Shown here in pieces: positions 16,077 to 25,451 of a stretch of DNA of 64,000 nucleotides. The stretch is from sequence record PX670417.1; one strand, written 5' to 3'. The notes below the pieces were generated by a model. The model was not told where the DNA came from. It worked only from the letters and a program-made list of their open reading frames with translations, and did no database searches. Source of the DNA: a phage. Position 1 is the first letter of the stretch, and each line of letters begins with the position of its first letter. The translations under genes were made by a program, and so were the position numbers.

Positions 16077-17876
16077 TTAAAGCTGCTTGTCAATATTGTT
16101 TCGAATATCACCAAGAGTTGTGTAACCGAACTGCTCAGAGTCGCTAAAGACTAAACGTAAAGCACAAGCTGGATGTTCAAGTGCATCTGCAAAGCTCTGG
16201 AATCCATAGCCATCTACAGCTTTCAGCTTATCACCATCCCACATAGGTACTACACCACCAAAAGCAGACTTCTTAACACCACTATCTGTTTTAGGGTCTT
16301 TTGCAAGCATAATCTCTTTACCACCAATGCTTGCAAGAGTTGCTTTGACAGCAAATGCAAAGGTGTCACGAGTCATGTACTGGTAAGTGTAAGAACCTAC
16401 ACCAAACACTACGTTAGAGCTTGCAAAACCCATTTCATACAGACGCTTCAGGATTTCGTTTGCACGTTCCAGCGTGATAGAGTCGCCATAGATAAGGCCA
16501 ATGTGTTCATCTAGTACCTTAAAACCTTTAGAGTTGATAGTCCCTCCAAAGATGTTATACAGGGTCTTAATAGCCCCATCAATCTCTGCTACAGGACGTG
16601 TTACAACGTTTGCAGAGCCAACCATATAAGCATTTTTCAACATCACTGTATCAGCAACTTCAAAGTCTTCTCTGTCAACAACCATCTCGTAGCCTTCTGA
16701 CAGTAGCCATCCAGCAATACCATAACTGATGTTTTCAAGCTTCATGTTCAGAACAGCATTCAACATTGTGTCGCTTGCTTCCAGCTTGCTTAGGTGTTCG
16801 TAATAAGCTTTTTTAGCGCACTCTAAGTGGATTGCTTTATAGCCTGTGACAATATGTACAGGGTCGCCAGAGTCAGGACGAATTACCAGTTTGCCGTCAC
16901 GTTCCATAATCTCTTTACGAAGTGCTGGTAAGATTTCTGATACAGTTCTCCAGAAGTTATAAGTGTCTGAAACAACACTTGCAATACCAGTTGGGTAAGT
17001 TTCTGTTAAGAAACGACGGAAGGTTTGTAACTCACCTTTAAAGCGTCTTTCTTCTTCAATCAACTCATTACCACCTTCCCAAGCAATGTTTGCACACATT
17101 ACAGAGTGTTCAGTGGCTGGTACAGAGCTACCAATATCAGAGATTGGGTAGGACTGTCCGTAGATGCGTTTAGCTGTATATACAGCAGGGAAGCTATCAG
17201 TTCCTTTAAAGCTGGTTAAGTGTCCTACAGCGTTAAATGCGTCATCAGTAAAGCCGGACATACCACGCATAGCAAAGTCATGACACTGATAAGGCAAATG
17301 TAAGTCGTTATCACAAGTAAGGTCAGACCACTTCTTACAGATACGTTTGTAGTGCAATGCAATAGTTGCAATGGTACAAGCCTTCCAAATCTCAGCAGAG
17401 AAAGCATCTTCCAGATACCCAGCTACCCAATGGAAACCTGAAACAGTGTTCTGGAAGACAATCATTGGTACACGCATAGGAACCACTGTTCCTTCTTCTA
17501 CAGCGTATACTTCAACTGGTAGATAACCTAAATCGTGAAGTGCTTCCCAATGTTCTCGACCAATAGCATCTTTACCCAGAACACCGTTCATGACTTCTAA
17601 GATTTCGTCAATTGCTTCTTTTTTGTCACGTTCAAAGAAGGTGGCGTTCCAGTGGTCTATCAAGTAATCTTTAACAAAACGTTGAATACCAAAAGCAACT
17701 ACACCGTCAATTGCTAAAGGGCTGTTAAACCATTTATCACTACGTGGTGTCAGGTTGAACATTAGGTACTCTGTTGCACTAGGATACTGATAAATATGGC
17801 CAGACTTGTAAGCATCCGCGTTTAAACCTGCTGGTACTGCATAAAGTGATTTAGTCATCTTTTTAATCTCTCTCAA
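16077..17876 (-). CDS. Nicotinamide phosphoribosyltransferase (NAMPT/NadV) family protein (599 aa); possibly a Namat-type nicotinamide ADP-ribose transferase
   Basis: Long ORF recognised as NAMPT-family from the translation; adjacent to a Prs-family gene. Confidence 0.75.
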   Translation of the reverse strand: MREIKKMTKSLYAVPAGLNADAYKSGHIYQYPSATEYLMFNLTPRSDKWFNSPLAIDGVVAFGIQRFVKDYLIDHWNATFFERDKKEAIDEILEVMNGVLGKDAIGREHWEALHDLGYLPVEVYAVEEGTVVPMRVPMIVFQNTVSGFHWVAGYLEDAFSAEIWKACTIATIALHYKRICKKWSDLTCDNDLHLPYQCHDFAMRGMSGFTDDAFNAVGHLTSFKGTDSFPAVYTAKRIYGQSYPISDIGSSVPATEHSVMCANIAWEGGNELIEEERRFKGELQTFRRFLTETYPTGIASVVSDTYNFWRTVSEILPALRKEIMERDGKLVIRPDSGDPVHIVTGYKAIHLECAKKAYYEHLSKLEASDTMLNAVLNMKLENISYGIAGWLLSEGYEMVVDREDFEVADTVMLKNAYMVGSANVVTRPVAEIDGAIKTLYNIFGGTINSKGFKVLDEHIGLIYGDSITLERANEILKRLYEMGFASSNVVFGVGSYTYQYMTRDTFAFAVKATLASIGGKEIMLAKDPKTDSGVKKSAFGGVVPMWDGDKLKAVDGYGFQSFADALEHPACALRLVFSDSEQFGYTTLGDIRNNIDKQL

Positions 17877-17879
17877 AAT

Positions 17880-17895
17880 GGGGCTTTGAAGCCCC
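17880..17895 (-). promoter_or_regulatory. GGGGCT-TTGA-AGCCCC hairpin between the Prs-like and NAMPT-like genes
   Basis: Same 16-nt hairpin as at 13107-13122. Confidence 0.5.
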
Positions 17896-17904
17896 TATAA
17901 AGTT

Positions 17905-18801
17905 TCAATCAATGGTAATTACAGTAACTTGGGCATAATGTGTTAAGCCACGGTCTTTAGATTCCCCTAAAGAGTTTGTAGTGTAGATATGGTCAATACC
18001 ATTGTCAAGTAAGTTTTCAACACCTTTAGAGAAAATGCCATGAGTTACATAGAGTTCCACACGTTTTGCACCTGCTTCACGAAGATGTTTAGCTGCTTCT
18101 ATGAATGTTCGACCTCCATCACAAATATCATCAAGAATCATGACAGTTTTATCTGTCAAATCAACAGCATCAAGGATTCGCATACCAGTAATTTCACCAG
18201 TCTTAAGGTTGCGTACTTTAGACATTGTGATGTATGGTTTATCCACCTCTTTAGCAGCCTCTTCAGTCTTCTTAGCTGCACCTGCGTCTGGGGCTACCAA
18301 GAAATCAATGCGTGGGTCACTTGCAAAGTGTACTGCTACATCTTTTTGCTTCATGCTCTGAAAGCACTTAAATAAGTTTTCTGCAACATTACTGTGAGGG
18401 TCAAGAGCACATACTGCATCAAAACCCATTGCATTAACGAGGTTGGCAAAAGCTTTCAGTGCTGCTGAATCGCCTTTGAACATATGGCGGTCATATCGAG
18501 CATTCGGTAAGAACCCGAAAACAACGGTTTTCATCGCTGATTTATATGGAACAAGACTGTCAACGGCATCCTTAGCCAAAGCTAATGCAAACAGTGTATC
18601 TTTATCATATCCCTGCACAGTCAATATAACATTGTCAATCTTACCAGCATTACGCTCAGTAAACTTAACAAAGTCTTCAGAGAAGTTTCCACCAATTTCT
18701 CCAGATGGGAATTGGATTATATTAAATTTTTCTGTGTGGAAGAATTTCTCTTGTGCGGTGACAACGGCTTCAATAATAGTTTTCATAGTTTTCTCTCTCA
18801 A
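17905..18801 (-). CDS. Ribose-phosphate pyrophosphokinase (PRPP synthetase, Prs) family protein (298 aa); possibly an Adps-type ADP-ribose pyrophosphokinase
   Basis: Prs-like motifs, including MILDDICDGGRT resembling the PRPP-binding loop. Confidence 0.75.
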   Translation of the reverse strand: MREKTMKTIIEAVVTAQEKFFHTEKFNIIQFPSGEIGGNFSEDFVKFTERNAGKIDNVILTVQGYDKDTLFALALAKDAVDSLVPYKSAMKTVVFGFLPNARYDRHMFKGDSAALKAFANLVNAMGFDAVCALDPHSNVAENLFKCFQSMKQKDVAVHFASDPRIDFLVAPDAGAAKKTEEAAKEVDKPYITMSKVRNLKTGEITGMRILDAVDLTDKTVMILDDICDGGRTFIEAAKHLREAGAKRVELYVTHGIFSKGVENLLDNGIDHIYTTNSLGESKDRGLTHYAQVTVITID

Positions 18802-19335
18802 TCAAAAGTTACGTTTGTTACTGCCATTGTAAGTTGCCCTATAAACTGTCTCGAACTTCAACAGGAGAGATATTGCCAAATCTGTATAGTTGTTGTCAAG
18901 CACATCTGGCATATTATTTTTGATATATTTCTCTTGCTCTTCATAGGTCATCTTAGGAGTACTTAGGAGGTTATCTCCTTGCTTCTGATTATCAGCTTTA
19001 GTTTGGATAAACCAGTTTGTACAGTGATGCTCACCACCTTTTGTAACAGGCTTGTGGTGACCTAATGTGAAGGCTTGATTACCTGTGTATCTACAAAGCT
19101 TATTGAGCACTGCAATGGTGTTCTTCACAACAAAACATTCATACAGATTATCTATGGTGTAATGTGGGTAATAGCGGAATAGTGCTCTTTCACGAGTGCT
19201 GTCACGATTCCAGAGAATCATGTGATTAGAGTTAGAAGGGTCATATTGGTGGGAGTCAATGAACTCTTGACGTTCTTCAAAGCTGAGTCTTAGAACTGAC
19301 ATTGCAGCCGAACGTTTTAGATTTGACAGATACAT
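18802..19335 (-). CDS. Hypothetical protein (177 aa) abutting the Prs-like gene
   Basis: Its stop is directly adjacent to the Prs-like start codon. Confidence 0.5.
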   Translation of the reverse strand: MYLSNLKRSAAMSVLRLSFEERQEFIDSHQYDPSNSNHMILWNRDSTRERALFRYYPHYTIDNLYECFVVKNTIAVLNKLCRYTGNQAFTLGHHKPVTKGGEHHCTNWFIQTKADNQKQGDNLLSTPKMTYEEQEKYIKNNMPDVLDNNYTDLAISLLLKFETVYRATYNGSNKRNF

Positions 19336-19386
19336 TTTATCTCCAAAATAAAAAGGGAACCTTTACAGTCCCCTTATAGTATCTGT

Positions 19387-19707
19387 TTACTGAGCTACTT
19401 TCAAGATGCTTGTGAATGAAATCTCACTCTCATCCATAAACTCTTTTGCTTCCCCAGTAACTTTTACAAAGTTATCTAGGCAGATAATCTTCTTATCTTT
19501 CTTGCTGTAGGTTAGCTTAACCTTTTCAATATCTTTCTTAGAGCTTTTCTCTTCATTGAAGAGCTTTACAGCCTCTTTGAATGGGAGGTATGAACCGTCA
19601 TCATCACTAATGAATCCTGTGCCACAGTAATAAAAGTTATACTCTTTAGCCATAAACTGGCACAGTACGAAAATCTGTAATTTACGAGTGTTATAAACTT
19701 TGCTCAT
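19387..19707 (-). CDS. Hypothetical protein (106 aa)
   Basis: ORF. Confidence 0.5.
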   Translation of the reverse strand: MSKVYNTRKLQIFVLCQFMAKEYNFYYCGTGFISDDDGSYLPFKEAVKLFNEEKSSKKDIEKVKLTYSKKDKKIICLDNFVKVTGEAKEFMDESEISFTSILKVAQ

Positions 19708-19709
19708 GA

Positions 19710-19976
19710 TTATTTAGCCTTCTTGTTACGTTTACGGTTGCGAGCTTTCTTAGCTGCACGTTTAATTGCTGCTGCACCAGTTGGTCGATGTGCTTGTTTT
19801 TTACCACCCTTTCCACGTCCAACGTGGATGTAAGGCTGCTGTTCAATTTGGCTTGCAAGAACCTGTGCAACTGCTGAAGCATCTACACCAACTTGTTTTC
19901 CAGTCATAGAAACAATTGCTGCTGCTCTTGCCAGTGCCTTCAAGAAGCCAGCTTTCATATTACCTAAAATTCCCAT
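19710..19976 (-). CDS. Hypothetical protein with strongly basic C-terminal tail (88 aa)
   Basis: C-terminus KRAAKKARNRKRNKKAK. Confidence 0.5.
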   Translation of the reverse strand: MGILGNMKAGFLKALARAAAIVSMTGKQVGVDASAVAQVLASQIEQQPYIHVGRGKGGKKQAHRPTGAAAIKRAAKKARNRKRNKKAK

Positions 19977-19991
19977 TTTTAGTCTCTCTCA

Positions 19992-20267
19992 TTAAAGTTT
20001 AATACAGAACTTATGAAGTTCTTCTTCAGTGATACCTATCGGAGTGATACCTTCTCTGATATTTTGAATCCTGTAGAAGTCTCCAAACTTATCTGATTCA
20101 TGAATGACAAACGTGACATTCTTCACAATCGTTGCAAGAGCACATAATGAACGTGAACCAAACTTTTCTCTCGTATAAATCATCCAAGCATCTAACTTGT
20201 TGATGTCGTAAGTCCACTTACCAGAATAATCATTCTGCTCGCCATTGACAATCACCTTGCCACCCAT
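19992..20267 (-). CDS. Hypothetical protein (about 91 aa; start trimmed to internal ATG)
   Basis: Track ORF 19992-20348 overlaps NrdG by 119 nt; the ATG at 20267 (MGGKVIV...) leaves a 38-nt overlap. Confidence 0.35.
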   Translation of the reverse strand: MGGKVIVNGEQNDYSGKWTYDINKLDAWMIYTREKFGSRSLCALATIVKNVTFVIHESDKFGDFYRIQNIREGITPIGITEEELHKFCIKL

Positions 20268-20715
20268 ACTCTTTTCTCCAGAGGTTTTGGTTATCAGAAC
20301 CACGATATGGTTTAACTGTTGGTTTAGAAGAATCATACTTACCATCAATCACCACGTCAACATATTTCATCACATCTAGGTGAATTTTTTCGTGTAACTG
20401 AAAACCTGTCCATAGCCAGATAGATTTTTCTGGGTAAACAGTTTTAATACGTTTACATATGTTGGTGACCTCTTGAATGTTTCTGTCATCAAGAGGCTCT
20501 CCCCCAAGTATTGACAACCCACTGATGGCATTATCATCCATTAGCTTAATGATGCCGTAAAGGTTTGCATAAGTAAACTCTTTACCAGCATTAAACTTCC
20601 AAGACTCCCTGTTAAAGCAACCTTCACAGTGATGTTTACAGCCAGCTACGAAGAGGCTTACACGAACCCCTTCACCATTAGCTGTGTCAAATGGTCGAAT
20701 CTCCATGTAATTCAT
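20230..20715 (-). CDS. nrdG: Anaerobic ribonucleotide reductase activating protein (radical SAM), NrdG
   Basis: CKHHCEGC (CxxxCxxC) cluster; overall pattern similar to T4 NrdG as recalled. Confidence 0.75.
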   Translation of the reverse strand: MNYMEIRPFDTANGEGVRVSLFVAGCKHHCEGCFNRESWKFNAGKEFTYANLYGIIKLMDDNAISGLSILGGEPLDDRNIQEVTNICKRIKTVYPEKSIWLWTGFQLHEKIHLDVMKYVDVVIDGKYDSSKPTVKPYRGSDNQNLWRKEYGWQGDCQWRAE

Positions 20716-20750
20716 CTAGTTACCTCACCAATACTATTTAATTGTTTTAC

Positions 20751-21146
20751 TCATTCAAACACTACCTGGCAAGGAATCTGTTTAGTAATAAACTCTTCAC
20801 AGTGCTCTTTAATGAAGTTTTGTAATGGCACACAGTCTTGTGCACAAGTCATTAGCATAATGTACTCTGGATTCATAATATTTTCAAGACTGTAGAAGAC
20901 AACATCGTCAGATAATTCATGACCGTCTTCTTCAGACCAAGTTCCAGTGACTACAGCTAATTTGTCAAGCAATTCATTAGGCAATGCTACACCATCTTCT
21001 ACGGAATCACTTAGAACGTTGTCGCTGATGTACAATGTGAAGGTTGTATGGAATGTTGAATACCTTACGTGATTCTTTTCGCAAGAGCCACACTCTGAGG
21101 CGTAATCTTTAATCCACTCTAGCTGTTTTTTGTTCAACTTAATCAT
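20751..21146 (-). CDS. Hypothetical Cys-rich protein (131 aa)
   Basis: ORF. Confidence 0.5.
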   Translation of the reverse strand: MIKLNKKQLEWIKDYASECGSCEKNHVRYSTFHTTFTLYISDNVLSDSVEDGVALPNELLDKLAVVTGTWSEEDGHELSDDVVFYSLENIMNPEYIMLMTCAQDCVPLQNFIKEHCEEFITKQIPCQVVFE

Positions 21147-21358
21147 AATTTCACCTTAGTTGGCAATGCACTGAATGCTATAGCTAACCCTAAAAATGGT
21201 TTGAAGCATGACCATAAATCCATCTGACCATGATATGCGAAACTCCATTGTGGGTCTGAAAAACCCCATACCATAACACTAACTCCAAAGAAGAAGATTG
21301 CTATGTGTAGTATGGGTGCTAATACCCTTAAGAGTGTTGTCATTGTTAATTCCACCAT
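21143..21358 (-). CDS. Small membrane protein (71 aa)
   Basis: Two hydrophobic segments. Confidence 0.4.
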   Translation of the reverse strand: MVELTMTTLLRVLAPILHIAIFFFGVSVMVWGFSDPQWSFAYHGQMDLWSCFKPFLGLAIAFSALPTKVKL

Positions 21359-21732
21359 ATAGTTTTACCATTATCACATGTGTAAAGATACTCTACAGAA
21401 GTTTGTGGGACAAGTATAGTGGTGTTCCCACTAAGTACACTCACAAAATAAGTAACTTCACGATGTTGATGAGTTTTTACACAATTGTTTGCCTCCATCC
21501 ATATCACAGTTTTGTATGAATAGAACACCGCCAAGACACAAAGTGTAATAACCCCAACTATCATGGCAAACTCAGGCAAAAAATCTGACTGTATGATGTC
21601 TCTAAATCTCATTATTCCAAGAATAAATAAGATTATCAGACATACAATCCCACAAACTGCTACATAAAGCCACAAGTCCATGATGCAACTCCAAATAAAA
21701 AGGTGATGTAAGCCTATCAAGACCCACATCAC
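21346..21732 (-). CDS. Membrane protein (128 aa)
   Basis: Multiple hydrophobic helices. Confidence 0.45.
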   Translation of the reverse strand: MMWVLIGLHHLFIWSCIMDLWLYVAVCGIVCLIILFILGIMRFRDIIQSDFLPEFAMIVGVITLCVLAVFYSYKTVIWMEANNCVKTHQHREVTYFVSVLSGNTTILVPQTSVEYLYTCDNGKTIWWN

Positions 21733-21743
21733 CTTGTCAAGTT

Positions 21744-23888
21744 TTACATAGAAACCCTGTCACGAATCTCAGCAATTTTTGCATCATTCATTCGGGATTC
21801 ACCTTTAATCTTAGTCCATCCCAGATACCCGCACACCCTGTTAATCACAGAGATATCATGTGAATGGCAAACCTCACACTCTTCAACATCAGCCTTTGGT
21901 CTGTTACCACAATGCTCACAGATTGCTAAGTCAAAGTTAAGTCCCTGATAGAAACCTTTCAACATCCCTCTTGTAATACAACTTTTAAGTGCTGGTAAGT
22001 TTTCTGGGTTAGCTACTCTGACATACTGGATTCTACCACCTCTACAGATATGGAAGAATGGCTCTTCTAAGTCCTGCTTCTCAAATGGTGAGATGTCTGC
22101 TGCAACATTCATATGGAAACTGTTTGTAAAGTATTCCTTGTCAGAAACACCTTTGATAACGCCAAACATATCTCTGAACTGTTTTAGCTGAGTTCCACAA
22201 AGTGATTCTGCTGGAGTGCCATATACCGCATACAAGAAACCATCTTCATTCTTAAACTCTTCAGTTTTCATGTTAATGTATGCCAGAACATCGTATGCAA
22301 AGCTATAGCTTCCAACTTCATGAAGTCGTTTACCCTCAGCAAGAACAGACAACTCATCCAGAGCAGTAACCCCAAAAGAAGCTGTGAAGGACTTCACGAT
22401 ATCCCAACCAACCTTGTCAGTAGGTTTCTTAGTCCCTTTGTACAGACCACCTTGTGTGAATGCCAGAGGGTTAGAACTTGCTGGCATGTTAGCAATCATT
22501 TCGTAGCGTTTCTTGTGGAAGCTGCGAATCATCTCTAGGTACTTATCAAGCTCTTTCCAGAAATCTAAACCATTCTCTTTAGAATACTGGTAAATCATTG
22601 GTAAGTTCAAAGATACAGCACCAATGTTAGCACGACCAACATAGAACTCTTCCCCATCCTCATTAAGATATGGAGATAAGAAGGCTCTGCAACCCATCGG
22701 TGAAATTACCTTGCCAGAACGCTCAAAAGCTTCTGCTACAGCACCATGACCAGAGACGCTTAAGAAATCTGGATACATTGCTTTAGAGCAACACTCAATA
22801 GCTTTACTGTACAGTTGACCTTGACAGATATTCTCATCGTGTCTCTTCTGGTCATGAATATAAACCAGTTTAGGGAATACAACAGGCTTCTTGCTCTTAC
22901 CTTGTCCATTCATGCGAACATCAAGAATAGTGTTTGCAATCATGTATTGTAGTCGGTTGTCTTCATTAGACATATCTGAGTCAAGTAAACCAAATGTTAA
23001 AGTTGTGAATGCGAAATCACCACGGCTACAAGGTACAGTATTTAGCTTCATCTCTAGTGACTGGAAGCCTTGAGTTAATTCAATCTGTAGCTGCTCCATG
23101 ACATAGTTATGGTAATGTTCTTTAGGAATACCGTAAGATGCTGCTTTCTCAGCATGATAGCGTAGAGACTTCTTAGCATATGGTACAAGCACCTTATCAA
23201 TCTCTGCTAAAGTAAAACCACCAAATTGCTGTGCAGTTGCTGAAAGAACTACATCACCGATAACCTGTAAGGCTGACAGCACAGACTTTGGTTCACAGTA
23301 TTCGATGCCAGACATTTCAAAGCCACCTTTCAGTACTTTACCAATGTCAAACAGGCAACAGTTAATACCACCAAAAATTAGGTCTCTTAAATCATGGATA
23401 TAGATAAACCCTTTTTCAATGGCTTCAAGTTCCTCTGGTGTTAAATGGTACTGTTTAAAGATTTCTTTAGTCAGATAACCACGAATAATTGAACCTTTTG
23501 TAGAAATTAAACTGCTGTCAAAGTTAGCATTTTCACGGTCACCTAAGAAGAGTGTGTCTCTGGTCTTTTGGTAAAGCTCATCCCAATTTTGAGCAACCTC
23601 TTTACGGTAATTTCTATATGTTGAGTAAGACTCATAAATCTCGTGATTTACTTCTGCCAAAGCACCCTCAACAATGCTGTGAATATCGTTTACTGAGATG
23701 AGCAAATTATTCTGCTTAGTGGACTTTACCAGAATCCTCATAAATGCTGATTCAAGAGCTTGGGTAACATCTGGTGGCAGTTCTTTATATCCAACCCTGT
23801 TAGCTGACTTAGTTACTGCTGCTAAAACTTTTTTGATATCCGGTTCTTCAAGTGAGCCATTCTTTTTAATAATTTGTACTTTGTTCAT
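21744..23888 (-). CDS. nrdD: Anaerobic ribonucleoside-triphosphate reductase (class III), NrdD
   Basis: C-terminal glycyl-radical motif RVCGY and zinc ribbon CEHCG...CEVC. Confidence 0.85.
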   Translation of the reverse strand: MNKVQIIKKNGSLEEPDIKKVLAAVTKSANRVGYKELPPDVTQALESAFMRILVKSTKQNNLLISVNDIHSIVEGALAEVNHEIYESYSTYRNYRKEVAQNWDELYQKTRDTLFLGDRENANFDSSLISTKGSIIRGYLTKEIFKQYHLTPEELEAIEKGFIYIHDLRDLIFGGINCCLFDIGKVLKGGFEMSGIEYCEPKSVLSALQVIGDVVLSATAQQFGGFTLAEIDKVLVPYAKKSLRYHAEKAASYGIPKEHYHNYVMEQLQIELTQGFQSLEMKLNTVPCSRGDFAFTTLTFGLLDSDMSNEDNRLQYMIANTILDVRMNGQGKSKKPVVFPKLVYIHDQKRHDENICQGQLYSKAIECCSKAMYPDFLSVSGHGAVAEAFERSGKVISPMGCRAFLSPYLNEDGEEFYVGRANIGAVSLNLPMIYQYSKENGLDFWKELDKYLEMIRSFHKKRYEMIANMPASSNPLAFTQGGLYKGTKKPTDKVGWDIVKSFTASFGVTALDELSVLAEGKRLHEVGSYSFAYDVLAYINMKTEEFKNEDGFLYAVYGTPAESLCGTQLKQFRDMFGVIKGVSDKEYFTNSFHMNVAADISPFEKQDLEEPFFHICRGGRIQYVRVANPENLPALKSCITRGMLKGFYQGLNFDLAICEHCGNRPKADVEECEVCHSHDISVINRVCGYLGWTKIKGESRMNDAKIAEIRDRVSM

Positions 23889-23904
23889 TATTGCCCCTTT
23901 ACAT

Positions 23905-23928
23905 GCTAAAAAGGTCTCCGAGGAGACC
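23905..23928 (-). terminator. Intrinsic terminator (GGTCTCC-GA-GGAGACC + T-run)
   Basis: Hairpin and T-run on the minus strand between ORF 23937-24143 and nrdD. Confidence 0.5.
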
Positions 23929-23936
23929 CTTTCATT

Positions 23937-24143
23937 TTAAATCTTTTTAGAAAACTTCGAAAAGAGTTCTCTTAGTTTTTCAGTGATGCCTAACTGTATC
24001 TCTAATATTTCAAAGATAACCCATAGTAACATGGCTCCGAACAACGAACCTTGTTCAAAATCAGTAAATAGGTTAACAACAAGCATACCAATCACAATAG
24101 CTGGTGCATCAACAACCAAACCTTCCCAAAGGCGTTTAAGCAT
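23937..24143 (-). CDS. Small membrane protein (68 aa)
   Basis: Hydrophobic ORF. Confidence 0.4.
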   Translation of the reverse strand: MLKRLWEGLVVDAPAIVIGMLVVNLFTDFEQGSLFGAMLLWVIFEILEIQLGITEKLRELFSKFSKKI

Positions 24144-24378
24144 TGTTCACCTCTGCCATGAAATTCTGTAGCGTTCCAACAGGTTTTAGGTTTTGACCGT
24201 CAGTTTTCATGATGAATGGCATCTGACGAACTGGCATCTGTGCAATATCCATCAGGTCTGACAGTTCATAATCCTGCCCTAACATTCTCACAACATGGTC
24301 AATACCACGAGCTTTCGCAAAATTCTTTGCAGTCTCACACTGAGGGCATCCAGTTTTGGAGTAAATTACATAAGTCAT
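24136..24378 (-). CDS. Glutaredoxin/NrdH-like redoxin (80 aa)
   Basis: Active-site CPQC near the N-terminus. Confidence 0.7.
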   Translation of the reverse strand: MTYVIYSKTGCPQCETAKNFAKARGIDHVVRMLGQDYELSDLMDIAQMPVRQMPFIMKTDGQNLKPVGTLQNFMAEVNNA

Positions 24379-25451
24379 TAAGGAACCTCTAAAAATCCAC
24401 TATTCAAATCATCTACAACAGTATTCAATAAGTACGCACCGTTCTGTTGCTCCTGATTAGCATTCTGCTCTTTATCAATTTCCATCTTCTTAATCATATA
24501 CTTCAAAGGTGGTTCTTTAGGAGCTACAAAATCTCTGGGAATGCCAAACATATCATACAGTGGGGCAGCATTATAGTAAACCCACTCATGAAGAAGCTTT
24601 GTATTTAATCCAACTACAGCGCGTCCTTCGGAGAAGATATAATACGACCATTTCTCTTCGCTTTCAACTACTTCATCTAAGATTACTTTAATCTCTGGAA
24701 GAATTTGTTGGAAAGCTTTTTGCCACTCATCATCTCTTAAAGTTTCTTTTAAAACTTCAATATCAATTTTAGTGTGAAGGATTTCGTCAAGCATAATTTT
24801 CTGGACAGCTTGAGCAATACCTTGAAATTTATCTTGAGCATCAAGTGCAAAAGTACATGCAAAGGATGCCATAAAAGAAATACCTTCAAGTGCAGTCACT
24901 GCAAATAGACCTTTTAGAATCACTTTATGGAAGTGTAAAGGGTCTTTGTCTAGAAGCGAGTCACGGACATAACTCAGACGATAGTTTATGCCTTCATCTA
25001 GTAATTCTTCAAGAACACGATTCACAGTTTTTAATCGGTCTTGTACAGCAATGTTCTGGTTAATCTCATCTAAGATTGTTTCAGGATTTTTAATACATTG
25101 CCTTACAATCTCTGAGTAAGTAAGAGCATGTAGGTTTTCAATCTCAGACTGCTTCATAATTGCAGTTGCATAAATGTCATCAGAGATAAATGGTGCAAAG
25201 GCGAATGCTAAACTCTTAGCAACTTGGGTATCTGCTTCCCATTGCCACTTAAGAATCTCAAGCATTACACCTGACATTGATGCTGGTACACTCTCAAAAT
25301 CAAGACGTGATTGTTCAAAAGGGAACTCATCTTCTGACCAGTCTTGTGCTTTTTGTTGTTTATATAGCTCAAAGATTTTTGGGTAGTGCTTATTAAGTGA
25401 GTCAAATGTTTTTCTCTCACCACCTAAAAAGATTGGGTGTTGGTTAATCAT
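24378..25451 (-). CDS. nrdB: Ribonucleotide reductase small subunit (class Ia beta), NrdB
   Basis: Ferritin-like di-iron RNR beta pattern; start trimmed to the ATG (MINQ...) that overlaps the upstream stop as ATGA. Confidence 0.8.
   Translation of the reverse strand: MINQHPIFLGGERKTFDSLNKHYPKIFELYKQQKAQDWSEDEFPFEQSRLDFESVPASMSGVMLEILKWQWEADTQVAKSLAFAFAPFISDDIYATAIMKQSEIENLHALTYSEIVRQCIKNPETILDEINQNIAVQDRLKTVNRVLEELLDEGINYRLSYVRDSLLDKDPLHFHKVILKGLFAVTALEGISFMASFACTFALDAQDKFQGIAQAVQKIMLDEILHTKIDIEVLKETLRDDEWQKAFQQILPEIKVILDEVVESEEKWSYYIFSEGRAVVGLNTKLLHEWVYYNAAPLYDMFGIPRDFVAPKEPPLKYMIKKMEIDKEQNANQEQQNGAYLLNTVVDDLNSGFLEVP

Noticed and set aside
16173-18375. Plus-strand ORFs inside the NAMPT-like and Prs-like genes (16173-16514, 18040-18375, 18101-18361), and 17225-17407 (-)
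   Set aside because: Embedded in long, motif-supported genes on the other strand or frame; typical spurious ORFs.
20230-20348. Possible frameshift fusing NrdG with ORF 19992-20348
   Set aside because: NrdG is already full length compared with T4 NrdG as recalled, and the downstream ORF has its own ATG with an RBS-like AAAGAG; treated as two overlapping genes.
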